Position numbers and translations under genes: made by a program. Shown here piece by piece: positions 10,619 to 20,162 of a stretch of 64,000 nt of DNA. The stretch lies in the IMG/VR virus record IMGVR_UViG_3300028840_002431, positions 124,001 to 188,000 of that record; one strand, 5' to 3'. The notes below the pieces were generated by a model. The model had not been told where the DNA came from. It saw only the letters and a program-made list of their open reading frames with translations, and did not search any database. Position 1 is the stretch's first letter, and each line of letters starts with the position of its first letter.

Positions 10619-10902
10619 GTAACCCCAGGAAAGCGTTCGAAGAGGCTGTCACCCGTGAAGCGTTCATGGCCGGGGTTGACTGGAACCGGGTACAGAAGAC
10701 TTTTAACGCCATGATGCACGAGGCGATCAACGGTAAGAAACATGCGAAAGAAGGGGTCGAACAGGATGTGCTCTACGACCTCTCGTACATTGCCTGGGGT
10801 TTGAAAGAAGCAGCGAAGCAATTGGATATGGGTTCGTCAGAGCGCCACGCGGACGCTTTGTACAAACAACTCACGCGGGACGCTCAGTCGGCAGGAGAGT
10901 GA
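10615..10902 (+). CDS. NPRKA-leader protein
   Basis: Starts MSNPRKAFEEA. Confidence 0.7.
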   Translation: MSNPRKAFEEAVTREAFMAGVDWNRVQKTFNAMMHEAINGKKHAKEGVEQDVLYDLSYIAWGLKEAAKQLDMGSSERHADALYKQLTRDAQSAGE

Positions 10903-10932
10903 ACGTCTGAGACGGTGTAATTATATAGACCC

Positions 10933-11739
10933 ATGAGGTCCCACCGTCTCAAAGGCGCATCCTTCCAACCTTCGAGTTGCAACGACAAGCTGAGCAAGGT
11001 ATCGCGCAAGCTCCAATACAACGGCCGCTACGCGAGTCACCCAAAGCCTCCTTACGTCTGCTCCACCTACGTATCCATCGAGGCCACGTGTCCCAAGACG
11101 TGCCGGTTCAAGGACACCGGGTGTTATCCTCAGGTCGGGAACGCGGCTTCGTCGGTCCGGTCCCTGGACGAAGACGCCATGTACGAAGGGCTGACTGGCC
11201 CCGACGTGGCCAAGGCAGAGGCCGAGTTAATCAATCAGGCGTGGCCCAAGGGAGTCCCACAGGACGGCGCTCAAGGAGGCCGGGACCTACGGCTCCACGT
11301 GTCAGGAGAGACGGCGGACACCGCGTCGGCCTGGGCGTTGGGTATAGCCGCCAGCCGTTGGAAAGGTCGCGGGGGAGGTGATGTTTGGACCTACACACAC
11401 AACTGGCGGACCATAGAACCATACGACTTCGGCCCCATATCGGCGTTGGCGTCGGTCGAGACCCAAGAAGAGGCGGAAGAAGCCATCGAGCGTGGGTATA
11501 CCCCAGCCATGGTTGTAACAAAGTTCCCGGCAGACAAGGCTTTTCTGATCCCCGGCACGGGTATGAAGGTCGTCCCGTGTCCAGCCCAGATCCGGACATC
11601 CAAATGTATAACGTGCCGTCTGTGCTTCAAGCCGATGCCGAAGGGTAAGCTTATCGGCTTCCAGTTGCACGGGTTCGGGGCAAACAGGATGGTGAAGAAG
11701 CTTCCCACACTGGGCCAGATGACGATGCCTTGGGCTTGA
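10933..11739 (+). CDS. Cys-rich phage protein (Gp88/DUF7227-like, possibly Fe-S binding)
   Basis: TCPxxCxxxxxGCY, RLHVSG, WTYTH, ASVET, CPAQ, CxxCxLC motifs. Confidence 0.6.
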   Translation: MRSHRLKGASFQPSSCNDKLSKVSRKLQYNGRYASHPKPPYVCSTYVSIEATCPKTCRFKDTGCYPQVGNAASSVRSLDEDAMYEGLTGPDVAKAEAELINQAWPKGVPQDGAQGGRDLRLHVSGETADTASAWALGIAASRWKGRGGGDVWTYTHNWRTIEPYDFGPISALASVETQEEAEEAIERGYTPAMVVTKFPADKAFLIPGTGMKVVPCPAQIRTSKCITCRLCFKPMPKGKLIGFQLHGFGANRMVKKLPTLGQMTMPWA

Positions 11740-11757
11740 TCCGGTGTAAGCTAGGGT

Positions 11758-12012
11758 ATGGCGTCCAAACGCTATTCTAGGTGTACCCGGTGCGGCTCCA
11801 AATTTGATAGGTGGTTGGCGTGCTCCCATATCTACTGCCTCGACTGCCAACCACAGAATAGAAACAAGAACCTCTGGGACCACCTCAAAGACGACTGGCA
11901 GAATTACCTGACGTATACCGAAGAGGAACGAGCCAGAGATGTCCTACTAGATGAAGTCCCTACCCCGGACCTAGGTCCGGGGAGCCGTGTCCAGATTTCC
12001 GGTGTAATTTAG
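11758..12012 (+). CDS. Zn-finger protein with internal LWDHL tag
   Basis: Two CxxC pairs, then KNLWDHL. Confidence 0.6.
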   Translation: MASKRYSRCTRCGSKFDRWLACSHIYCLDCQPQNRNKNLWDHLKDDWQNYLTYTEEERARDVLLDEVPTPDLGPGSRVQISGVI

Positions 12013-12015
12013 ACC

Positions 12016-12414
12016 ATGCTGCCGCAAATACATGAACGTATGCACATGAGCAACGCCTACGCTTTCCTGGCGGAACTCTCAAAAGAGGCCACGCGAGAGA
12101 TGGTGGGGTCGAGTAAGTACCCGATCGAGATGACCGGACAGGGGCCAAGTGCCGGGATGCGTCTGGTCGTTTGCTCCGTCAAAGAACTCGACGACTACTG
12201 TTCCTTTTTGAAAGCGTATGTTGACTCCGAGGTAAACGGAGCGGTTCCGTTGGTCAGGTATTACCAGGGGAAACTAGCGTCCCTGCAAACCGAGATTGAC
12301 GAGGCGTTGGAAAAAGAGGACTGGAACAAAGCTTCACACAGGTTGTGGGACCTGCAAACGACCGGCCAACGGCTACAAGAAAACCTCGACAAGCTCTACA
12401 GCGCTCCAGGATAA
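12016..12414 (+). CDS. Hypothetical protein
   Basis: CGGTG-TAATTT upstream. Confidence 0.6.
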   Translation: MLPQIHERMHMSNAYAFLAELSKEATREMVGSSKYPIEMTGQGPSAGMRLVVCSVKELDDYCSFLKAYVDSEVNGAVPLVRYYQGKLASLQTEIDEALEKEDWNKASHRLWDLQTTGQRLQENLDKLYSAPG

Positions 12415-12415
12415 C

Positions 12416-12988
12416 GTGGTCAAAAAGAAGGACATACCGTTTTACCTAACATGCTTCATTGTCGGGGTTAGTGCCCCTCACACATTCAATTACGGTGTGG
12501 AGCACCCATGGAGAGCGATTCTCATCCTGTCCGGAGTCTTATTGATTTATGCCTTGATCGTCTACAGCCGGACGCTGTCAAAACAAGGGTTGGACGAAGA
12601 ACAAAAGTCGGAGGAGGAAACGGAGTCTGAAAACTATGCGACAGGGGAGGGAACCAGACGGGCAATCGATGAAGAATTTATGAGGGTTGCCGACAACACC
12701 TTGGGTCAACTCGCCGCCCTCGCGGAAGCCTCCGGGCGTTCAGAACCACACAGCGCCATCGGACCCACAGGGCCGGTAGGGCACCCAAACTACTCAGGTC
12801 TGGTGCCACTACAAGGTAGCGTTAGTGCCAGGGAATTGGGTTGCATCTGCCCGCACCCGAACGCCGCTGGTATCGGTCAAACCTTACCCAACCCTAGCTG
12901 CCCGATACACGGATCGAAAGAGCCGGAACCAAAACCAGAACCAGAGCCGGAACCAGAGAAAGATCTCTGGGACCATTTAAGAGGCTAA
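12416..12988 (+). CDS. Membrane protein with GCxCP...CPxHG domain and LWDHL tag
   Basis: Two hydrophobic segments; PE repeats; ends KDLWDHLRG. Confidence 0.65.
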   Translation: MVKKKDIPFYLTCFIVGVSAPHTFNYGVEHPWRAILILSGVLLIYALIVYSRTLSKQGLDEEQKSEEETESENYATGEGTRRAIDEEFMRVADNTLGQLAALAEASGRSEPHSAIGPTGPVGHPNYSGLVPLQGSVSARELGCICPHPNAAGIGQTLPNPSCPIHGSKEPEPKPEPEPEPEKDLWDHLRG

Positions 12989-13058
12989 GGCCGCCACCTT
13001 CCGGAGACGACCTCGTAACTCCTTCTACGCAGATGAGCTACCCAAGGATAACACAGAT

Positions 13059-13511
13059 ATGAAGACAAGCGAGCTATACCTAAAAACCAAAGGGTTTTTC
13101 GTCCACTTGTGTAACATTACAGGTATGCCCGTTCCACGTATCAGGGAACCCGAAGCCCCGGATACCTGTGATTTCACGAGCCATGAAGAAGTGCGGCTCA
13201 ACGTCGTGGGAGCCTACAACGTCACACCGGAACGTCACGCTGCCCACGTCTTTGGCCACTACCTGTGCGACCTTCACGAGTGGGGCAATAAAGAAGATCA
13301 CCCGATCTGCGATGAAATAGCTGACGCCATTGCCGACTTGTTAGACGGCCCGGAGGGGAAAGGCAGTTGTCCTTGTGAATGGACAGAACCATGTGACCCA
13401 CGGTGTACGTGTGTCCATCCGGTCTCAAGCGTCGGTTGTAAGCGATGCTGTCGCTACGGGAGTGACGAGCAACGGAAAGCCCAGGCCGAGCACCTAGTTA
13501 AACATGAATAA
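13059..13511 (+). CDS. Cys/His-rich hypothetical protein
   Basis: HxxxHxxxH and multiple Cys pairs. Confidence 0.6.
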   Translation: MKTSELYLKTKGFFVHLCNITGMPVPRIREPEAPDTCDFTSHEEVRLNVVGAYNVTPERHAAHVFGHYLCDLHEWGNKEDHPICDEIADAIADLLDGPEGKGSCPCEWTEPCDPRCTCVHPVSSVGCKRCCRYGSDEQRKAQAEHLVKHE

Positions 13512-13773
13512 AGACGAAGGACCCAAACTATCTGATGACCCTACCCCCGAAGAACTCAGGGCGTGGGTAGAATACTGGACCCGATGCCCGGCGTGTAAGA
13601 GTAAGCTATCGATGGCCGACGCGGCACTGGGGTATTGCTTCTGGTGCGGGGAGAGTCTGGAATGAGCAAAGTAACGCGGGAAGAACAGGAACGCCAGCGA
13701 CGGATGGAGCATATAGAGAAGCTGGCCAACCGGCGTGAAGAGTCCTATAGCTGGTCCAGATACCAGGAACTGA

Positions 13774-14247
13774 CATGGACGTGAAGAGGTGTATACTTCG
13801 GGCGTGAAAAGATCATGGACGTGAAGGTGTTTCAGGACGGCCGACTGCTTAGGGGTCAAGAAGAGGAAGTTGATTATTTACACAGAGATTCATGGACGTG
13901 AAGATAGAGCTTCATTTCGCCTTACAGATCATGGACGTGAAGGGAGTCCAGGTCCATCGAGATTACTGCCTTAAACAGAGTCGTCCGGGGATAAACGGGT
14001 TGACTTCACATCCCGAAAGCGAGCAAGACTACGGTCACTCGCTAAACTCCCCACGTGGGGAGAGTCCATGATCGAACCGGACGACTCTGTTTAGGGTAGT
14101 AAGAGCAGATCATGGATGTGAAGATCGGGATGACAACCGTAAGAGGGCCAACAGATCATGGGCGTGAAGAAAGACATAGGAATAGGGCCACACGAGATCA
14201 TGGGCGTGAAGGGTAACTTGATAAACTAACAAATCATGGGCGTGAAG
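13774..14247 (+). repeat. CRISPR-like repeat-spacer array, 8 x AGATCATGG[A/G][C/T]GTGAAG, no cas genes in window
   Basis: Copies at 13774-13786 (partial), 13810-13826, 13886-13903, 13926-13942, 14107-14123, 14153-14169, 14195-14211, 14231-14247; non-identical spacers of 23, 59, 22, 29, 25 and 19 bp. Confidence 0.85.
13963..14102 (+). ncRNA. Structured anti-repeat RNA embedded in the array
   Basis: 26-bp closing stem (13963-13988/14077-14102, two G-U), cUACGg tetraloop, split anti-repeat CTTCAC (14004-14009) + GTCCATGATC (14064-14073). Confidence 0.75.
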
Positions 14248-14281
14248 GGGTTACGAGGTTGGTAACTGTTAACAGTTTCGA

Positions 14282-14515
14282 GTGAGGGACCCGGCGATCG
14301 ACTGGACCAAGATCAAGGAACGACAGGACAATAGTCCTGAATGCCGCGACCACGAGGGCGTCTACCGACTGCTCAGCGGGCATCTGTATTACGACAGAGC
14401 GGGCAACCGGTCCCGTATCCTTAGCTTCTGTCTGGATGACCCGGAGCAAGGACCGGTTGTTATCGTGCCGATATTCCCGATCGGGGTAACGCTCTGGGAC
14501 TGTCTGACGACCTAA
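14282..14515 (+). CDS. Small protein with variant tag (TLWDCL)
   Basis: Ends VTLWDCLTT. Confidence 0.55.
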   Translation: MRDPAIDWTKIKERQDNSPECRDHEGVYRLLSGHLYYDRAGNRSRILSFCLDDPEQGPVVIVPIFPIGVTLWDCLTT

Positions 14516-14953
14516 CCCTTCTTGTCGTTCCGAGACAGTAGGATTCAGACCCACACGCCTACGAACGTTGGCGATGGGAATCCTTCCCTATAAAACCCGG
14601 TTTGTGCGGCAAACACGGCCACCATGGCCGTAAAGGCCGTTGTGGAACAACGAACAAACCGATCTCACTAAACACGCTCCGCTATCCCCGTCAACGTGGA
14701 TACGCAATAACCCTTCTGAAGCTTCTAGAGTAGCGTTTTCGCAGAAGAATACGCAGAAGAAAGATATAACCGAGCGATTCGATCGAACCCAAAGCAATGC
14801 AATCCGCCAATATGGTATTTATAGAACGCTTAAACACTTGCAACGACTCAAAGGAGCGTCCTATAGAGTTTAAATGCTGAGAGGTCGAACCAAAGCCGTG
14901 CAAAGCAATCGGTCCAACCTCTCGATTAACCACCCAACAGAAAGGTGATAACC

Positions 14954-15742
14954 ATGAAGGAAGATACCACCCAACCCGCTGTAGATCAAGACGAAGACGC
15001 TACAGAGAGCCAAGACGCCGCTGAAGAACAAAGCACCCCCGGCACCAAGAAGGTGCGCCATCAAGTGCTCAGTCTCCCGGAAGCTGTCGCGGCCATAAAG
15101 CTGCTAGTCAACTCGGGAGGGCCAGACTACAGCCTACAGGACGCTGCCGGTACTCTCGGGGGCAGTATCAATTCCGGCACCAACAAACAGAGGATGGCCA
15201 CCCTCGTGAGGTTCGGTTTTCTCGAAAGGTTGAAGGGGGGTGGTTGGAGGCTCACGAATAAGGGGCGCGTCGTCGCTGAGCGGCCTAACACCCCGGAGTT
15301 TTTCCACATTTGCCAAGAGGCTTTCGAAAAGGCCCCCCACTTCTCTGATATCGGCGCTCGTTTTAGCTGCCGTAAATACGGAGAGGACAACATGCTGCTT
15401 AGGAACTTTGTCCGTATTGACCTCAAGGTTCCTACTAAGAAGACCGTCTCCAAGATCGTCAATACGTACCTGGACTCCCGCAGGTTCTTGGACGGGCTTG
15501 GGGCCGAGCCTGAACACGCCGAAGAGCCAGAACAGCCACGCGAAACTCAAAGCGTGCCGGACGAAACCCCCCTTGTCCCATCCAACGGGAGCCACGCCGT
15601 GTTCCAAGCGGTGGTGGACGGCGCTGTCATAAAGAAGACAGCCGAGACCAAGGACGACCTCCCTCGCTCCGTTCACACCTTCATAGAAATGCTGCGTCTG
15701 GAATTCGCTGACGAACTGAGGGCGTACGCCGAGAGGGCGTAG
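14954..15742 (+). CDS. Winged-helix DNA-binding protein (DUF5343-like)
   Basis: SLPEAV...AAGTLG...NSG...MATLVRFGFLE...WRLTNKGR wHTH pattern. Confidence 0.55.
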   Translation: MKEDTTQPAVDQDEDATESQDAAEEQSTPGTKKVRHQVLSLPEAVAAIKLLVNSGGPDYSLQDAAGTLGGSINSGTNKQRMATLVRFGFLERLKGGGWRLTNKGRVVAERPNTPEFFHICQEAFEKAPHFSDIGARFSCRKYGEDNMLLRNFVRIDLKVPTKKTVSKIVNTYLDSRRFLDGLGAEPEHAEEPEQPRETQSVPDETPLVPSNGSHAVFQAVVDGAVIKKTAETKDDLPRSVHTFIEMLRLEFADELRAYAERA

Positions 15743-15758
15743 CCATTCTAACACGGTT

Positions 15759-15787
15759 CGACCCACCCGGTTGTTTCGGGTGGGTCG
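15759..15787. terminator. Perfect 11-bp hairpin, probable terminator
   Basis: CGACCCACCCG-gttgttt-CGGGTGGGTCG just after a stop codon. Confidence 0.5.
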
Positions 15788-15840
15788 TCGCGTACGCGAT
15801 CGGTGTACGAAATCCAGAAGCCTTGCGCACCGGAGGGAGA

Positions 15841-16356
15841 ATGCCTATTCCAAAGCCAAAGGACACGATCCTCACAGAAGAACAATGGGAGTCGGTTCGT
15901 CGTTTGTCTACTTTAGAACAGGAGATTGCCAGGGACTACTACCGTAACGATTTAACTCAAGCCCAGATAGGGCTACGGCATGGCATGACGCAAGCGGCAG
16001 TATCGACCCGACTGTCAAAAATTAACGAACGTTTGGAGTGGGTACAGCACCTGCCGCCCATACCCACAAGCGACCTCACAGAATTGCTAACGCCCGAATT
16101 CAATTCTTCCACACCGATACTGACAACCTTGTACGAAACGACGTGCCAAAGTGAAACGGCTGTCAGGATGGGTTGCTCGCAGGGGAAAGTCCGGCACCAA
16201 CTCCACAAGGCGGTGGACAAACTCGAAACCCTCGTTGAATCAGGCCGCACTGACCTCGAAGAGGTGCTACGAGGGTTGAGAACGATCCGAGATAGGGACG
16301 GAACACTCCACACCTTCGACCACCCGTCGAGGCGAGTTGATGAAATAAACCCTTAG
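15841..16356 (+). CDS. Sigma-70 region-4-like tandem HTH protein
   Basis: LSTLEQEI...LTQAQIGLRHGMTQAAVSTRL and a second HTH QSETAVRMGCSQGKVRHQL. Confidence 0.7.
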   Translation: MPIPKPKDTILTEEQWESVRRLSTLEQEIARDYYRNDLTQAQIGLRHGMTQAAVSTRLSKINERLEWVQHLPPIPTSDLTELLTPEFNSSTPILTTLYETTCQSETAVRMGCSQGKVRHQLHKAVDKLETLVESGRTDLEEVLRGLRTIRDRDGTLHTFDHPSRRVDEINP

Positions 16357-16404
16357 GTTTTACCCCGTAGCCGGTGTAGTATCTGGGTAAGAGGAGGTAA
16401 AGCC

Positions 16405-17733
16405 TTGGGTTCATTTAACGCTACCTGTGCCATATCCGGACTGCCTATCGGGCCAGGAGACCCCGTCCGGTACCTGCTACTGTCCGGAAATTACAGCGAA
16501 AGAGGGCCGGTCTGTATGCCCTTCGATAAGTGGGAACCAAGGACCTTCCCGATCCGGGCCGAGTATAACGACTACGGTTCGATCGAGAACCCCGAAGAGG
16601 GTATCGGCCCTCAGTTATGGCTCGACGGCCTGAAACGGGACCTCGTCCCACAGGGGTGGGGTGATAACAGTTGCCATGACGTGCCGACCGACCCCGACAT
16701 GACGTGGGGCCAATTGTTAGAAGCCCTGTGGGAGGGCCGGGTATTAATCGACCCCAAGAAAGCCAGGGGCATGTCACTCTTGGACCGGGTCCTGGAAGCA
16801 AGCGACAAGATTCTGCTCGAAAAGGCCCGCAAGAAACGGTTGGACCCGGAGGTGCCGGAAGGCGTGCCGACACTGGAACGGATTAAGAACGTCCTGTCAG
16901 GGCACCCGGCGTTCAACGGCTGGGGTAATGACGGCTTCATGGTGGACGAGACCGAACGAGCCGTGGTCCGGGTACGCTGGCACGGCCAGGATCGTATCGA
17001 CCACCTGGAGACGGCCAGAGACCTACTGAACGAAGGCTACGCGGCCCTGTTAGTCTCAGGGAGCGGCAACTATTCCGACGAGGCAGAGGTGTTGGTCTTT
17101 GCCAAACCGGGCGTACGTTGTGGCCGTGGGATGCACCACGAGGCTTATTACGCACCCCGGCCGGTCGCGCCCATGATGATCCGCGAGGACGTGTGGCAAG
17201 CCCTCCTCAAGCTGGACACCGTGGAACGAAGTCTTTGGGGCAGCGAGGAGATGGGTTCCAAAACAGACCGGAGTCTGGGCGCTTACAAGAAAGCGGTCCG
17301 TGATCTGTACGGTCGAAGGCTGAAACAACAAGAGGTCCTCGAAGCTACCGCAAAGAGCGACCTTGAGGTCGCCATCGAGGCCGTGAAAACCAGCGGTGTG
17401 TACCCGAAACCTAATAGCCTGACCCACGCCCTGGAAGATCCGCTGACCCTGAGTTTCGGGTGGGGAGGCCACTGGGAACTGTTAGTTGACAAGGCGCTCC
17501 CCGCCGAAGAGATAAGCGACACCCTCGACGCCGTAGCCGAGTCACTCTACGTGTGTACGGCTCTGATGTGGGTCCGATACCTGTGGCAGCCGTCGCATAC
17601 GGTAGGGCCTCAGTTTGGTTCCTTCAACATGCACGAGGCTTACCACAAGGCCATGGCCCAGATAGCCTACGAACGGCACGAAGAAGACCGAAAGCAGTAC
17701 GAGGACGAGATAGACGAGGAGGACGCGGAGTAA
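16405..17733 (+). CDS. Phage hypothetical protein (MGSFNxTCxxSGL type)
   Basis: 442-aa ORF; GAGGAGG RBS; YNDYG motif. Confidence 0.75.
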   Translation: MGSFNATCAISGLPIGPGDPVRYLLLSGNYSERGPVCMPFDKWEPRTFPIRAEYNDYGSIENPEEGIGPQLWLDGLKRDLVPQGWGDNSCHDVPTDPDMTWGQLLEALWEGRVLIDPKKARGMSLLDRVLEASDKILLEKARKKRLDPEVPEGVPTLERIKNVLSGHPAFNGWGNDGFMVDETERAVVRVRWHGQDRIDHLETARDLLNEGYAALLVSGSGNYSDEAEVLVFAKPGVRCGRGMHHEAYYAPRPVAPMMIREDVWQALLKLDTVERSLWGSEEMGSKTDRSLGAYKKAVRDLYGRRLKQQEVLEATAKSDLEVAIEAVKTSGVYPKPNSLTHALEDPLTLSFGWGGHWELLVDKALPAEEISDTLDAVAESLYVCTALMWVRYLWQPSHTVGPQFGSFNMHEAYHKAMAQIAYERHEEDRKQYEDEIDEEDAE

Positions 17734-18458
17734 TGCTCGACGCAAAACTGAGACACGTCTACGACAACGGGCTTGACTTGGCTTCCTGGGGTGAGGCTAA
17801 CGCTCCTGACGAACGGCTGATTTACCGTAATGGTGTTGACTCCCAGCTTCGTAAAATCGCGGCCGTTGCGACCCTCCTGCACGACTTCGGCGCTTACGAC
17901 TTACCCCCGCTGGTCGTGGGGAGCCACACGAGCAAATCAGTCAAGCTCCCGGTGACGTGCTTCCGGTTCGCGCCCTACGAACAAGTCGAAGCCTACGTCT
18001 TCGTCCGCGACAACTTCCACAACATCAAGGCCGTGGTGGTTTCTGACTCCCCGATCCACATGCCGTATCACGTGGTCCACATGGAGTGGAGTCCGGAACG
18101 GTACGAAGAAGAACTCAAACGCTACAGCAAATACCACGAGAACGACACGCCAGAAGAAGCTCAGAAACGGCGAGTGTTGATGGCCACAGACGACTGGTTC
18201 AAGGATTGGTCCAGTGGAGTCCTTCTGAGAAAGGACGGGCGCATCTACCGGACCGGCAGTTACCAATCCGTGTACTGCGAAGGCATTGATACGCCGCTAA
18301 TGGCCGAAAACGCCGTGTTCAAGCCATACGAGGACGGTGACAAGAGCTTCGTGTGTGAGGTTGATTCTTACACTATCGTTGCGCGGATCTTGGAGCATGT
18401 TATCGACTCCCTCGAACGAGAACGCTACAAGAGGAACCAGGAAAGCTCCGACGCCTAG
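17733..18458 (+). CDS. Hypothetical protein
   Basis: TAATG overlap; VVGSHTSKSVKLPV...VRDNFH motif. Confidence 0.7.
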   Translation: MLDAKLRHVYDNGLDLASWGEANAPDERLIYRNGVDSQLRKIAAVATLLHDFGAYDLPPLVVGSHTSKSVKLPVTCFRFAPYEQVEAYVFVRDNFHNIKAVVVSDSPIHMPYHVVHMEWSPERYEEELKRYSKYHENDTPEEAQKRRVLMATDDWFKDWSSGVLLRKDGRIYRTGSYQSVYCEGIDTPLMAENAVFKPYEDGDKSFVCEVDSYTIVARILEHVIDSLERERYKRNQESSDA

Positions 18459-18481
18459 ACTTTTGATAAGCCAGTAGGGGT

Positions 18482-18958
18482 ATGAACCCCCGAAAAGCAT
18501 TTGTGAACAGTCTGCTAAAAGAAGCCGCCCGGCGAAAGACCGCCAGCACCCCGGCAGAGGACATCGGAGAGGCGATCAGCCTACTCGATTACTTACCGAA
18601 CGCGGCGGCGGCTTGGCACGAGGCCCACGCGAAAAACCGAGAACTCGCCAAGGCGAACGCCAAGAAGGTTCGACAAGCCGTTGACCTTCTCAGCAATGTT
18701 CTCTCTTCCATGCCAAAGTCCATGCAATATATGGTCGTCGGCCTCGACAACAAGACCTATACCTTCAAGGACGTGGATGACCTCATCGAGGAACTGAAAT
18801 CCCGTGGCATCCGTCATACAGGGTTTCAGGAGGGGAGGCACCTCAGGCCGGAACTGCAAGGGCAGCCGAAGTTCGACAAGCTTCTAGGTCCCATGCATGG
18901 CGGTGGTGGTAAGGTTCGATACGAGACCCAGAAAGTCTACGACGTGCTGAGTCGCTGA
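18482..18958 (+). CDS. NPRKA-leader protein
   Basis: Starts MNPRKAFVNSLLKEA. Confidence 0.7.
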   Translation: MNPRKAFVNSLLKEAARRKTASTPAEDIGEAISLLDYLPNAAAAWHEAHAKNRELAKANAKKVRQAVDLLSNVLSSMPKSMQYMVVGLDNKTYTFKDVDDLIEELKSRGIRHTGFQEGRHLRPELQGQPKFDKLLGPMHGGGGKVRYETQKVYDVLSR

Positions 18959-18976
18959 TCTGGTGTAACCCAAGGC

Positions 18977-19417
18977 ATGACGACAGAAGAAGAAACACCC
19001 ACGATAGCCTGTGATTTCGACGGGGTCCTCAATTCTTACACTTCGGGATGGACCGGGGACACGCTACCCGACCCACCTGTGCCGGGGGCCATCGAGTGGC
19101 TCGAAGACGTCACCAACGAGTGTGACGTTATCATCCACACAGCGCGGATCAAGGAAAGCCAGCCGGGGCAGACAGAACTAATCAAGGCGTGGTTGTTAGA
19201 ACACGGGTTGTCTCCGGAAGCCCTGGCCCGGCTCTCGTTCGAGGGTAAGGTTACGGCTACCATCTACCTGGACGACCGGGGTGTTAGATTCACCGGGGAA
19301 AACTTCCCGACGGCCGAAGAAGTCAAGAACCACAAGGCGTGGAATAAACAAGGGAAGCGGGCCAAGGAAATCAAGAAGGCGTGGGACGACCTGGACGACC
19401 GCTGGAAGTGCAGATGA
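18977..19417 (+). CDS. HAD-superfamily phosphatase/nucleotidase
   Basis: DFDGV motif I, HTAR motif II, YLDDR motif IV. Confidence 0.8.
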   Translation: MTTEEETPTIACDFDGVLNSYTSGWTGDTLPDPPVPGAIEWLEDVTNECDVIIHTARIKESQPGQTELIKAWLLEHGLSPEALARLSFEGKVTATIYLDDRGVRFTGENFPTAEEVKNHKAWNKQGKRAKEIKKAWDDLDDRWKCR

Positions 19418-19643
19418 CAATACCTAACAACTTACGTCAGATGACCGAAGACCAGTTGTGGCAAAGGCTCAAGGACATCGAAGCCGAACAAGGGTATATC
19501 CGGGAGGAAATCCGGAGACGGCTCGACGAACAGCACCCAATTCTATCCCCGGCCATACGGGAAGCGACCCGCAAAGCTCTCTCTACTTAAAGCCATAAAC
19601 GGTGTAGCCTGTACCCGGACCCAAAATATTTCCGGGTAAGCCG

Positions 19644-20162
19644 ATGGCAGAAAAGTTCCTAGATGTGGTAGGCGCGGTAGGAGACGACTGGTCCGACCGG
19701 GAGCCGGACGCCCTGTGTCGTTGCGACCACGAGCTACAAGAGCACGGGCCTTACGGAGGCGCGTGTACGCGATGCCCGTGCGAGGCGTTTGGAACCATTG
19801 GGCCGATTCCGAAGTATATAAGGGAGATGACCATAGAGACGCTGGGAGACCCCCTCACGATAAAGGAGGCGGACGAGACCGGCGACAAACTGGGCTACTT
19901 CGACGAACGGAACGGTGAGATACGGGTAAACAAGAACCAGCCTTGGGTCGGCAAAAACATCGTCCTGCTACATGAATTGTTACACGTGGTAGATATCATG
20001 CTCGTGCAGAGCGGAGCCAAAAAGAGACGAATGAACCACGGGGAATTACACAACCTCGCGCCAAACCTGTTGGCCGTCCTGGTCGCCGCTGGCCTGTGGA
20101 AGCTCGATGTCACCATGGAAGAGGTCACGGAGTTCTGGGAAGCCCAGGAGCCAGAGGAATGA
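19644..20162 (+). CDS. HEXXH zinc metallopeptidase-like protein
   Basis: LGYF...IRVN...VLLHELLH. Confidence 0.6.
   Translation: MAEKFLDVVGAVGDDWSDREPDALCRCDHELQEHGPYGGACTRCPCEAFGTIGPIPKYIREMTIETLGDPLTIKEADETGDKLGYFDERNGEIRVNKNQPWVGKNIVLLHELLHVVDIMLVQSGAKKRRMNHGELHNLAPNLLAVLVAAGLWKLDVTMEEVTEFWEAQEPEE

Noticed and set aside
13963-14102. Retron msr-msd
   Set aside because: It has a1/a2-like inverted repeats but no long msd hairpin, and there is no reverse transcriptase in the window.
13774-14247. Canonical CRISPR array
   Set aside because: The repeat is only 17 bp, spacer lengths are irregular, the array is interrupted by a structured element, and no cas genes are recognisable; kept as CRISPR-like only.
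13774-14247. CsrA/RsmA sponge RNA (CAUGGAYG motifs) or repeated MDVK mini-ORFs
   Set aside because: Three repeats have GGGC and lose the GGA core. The reading frames after each ATG are inconsistent and lack an RBS.
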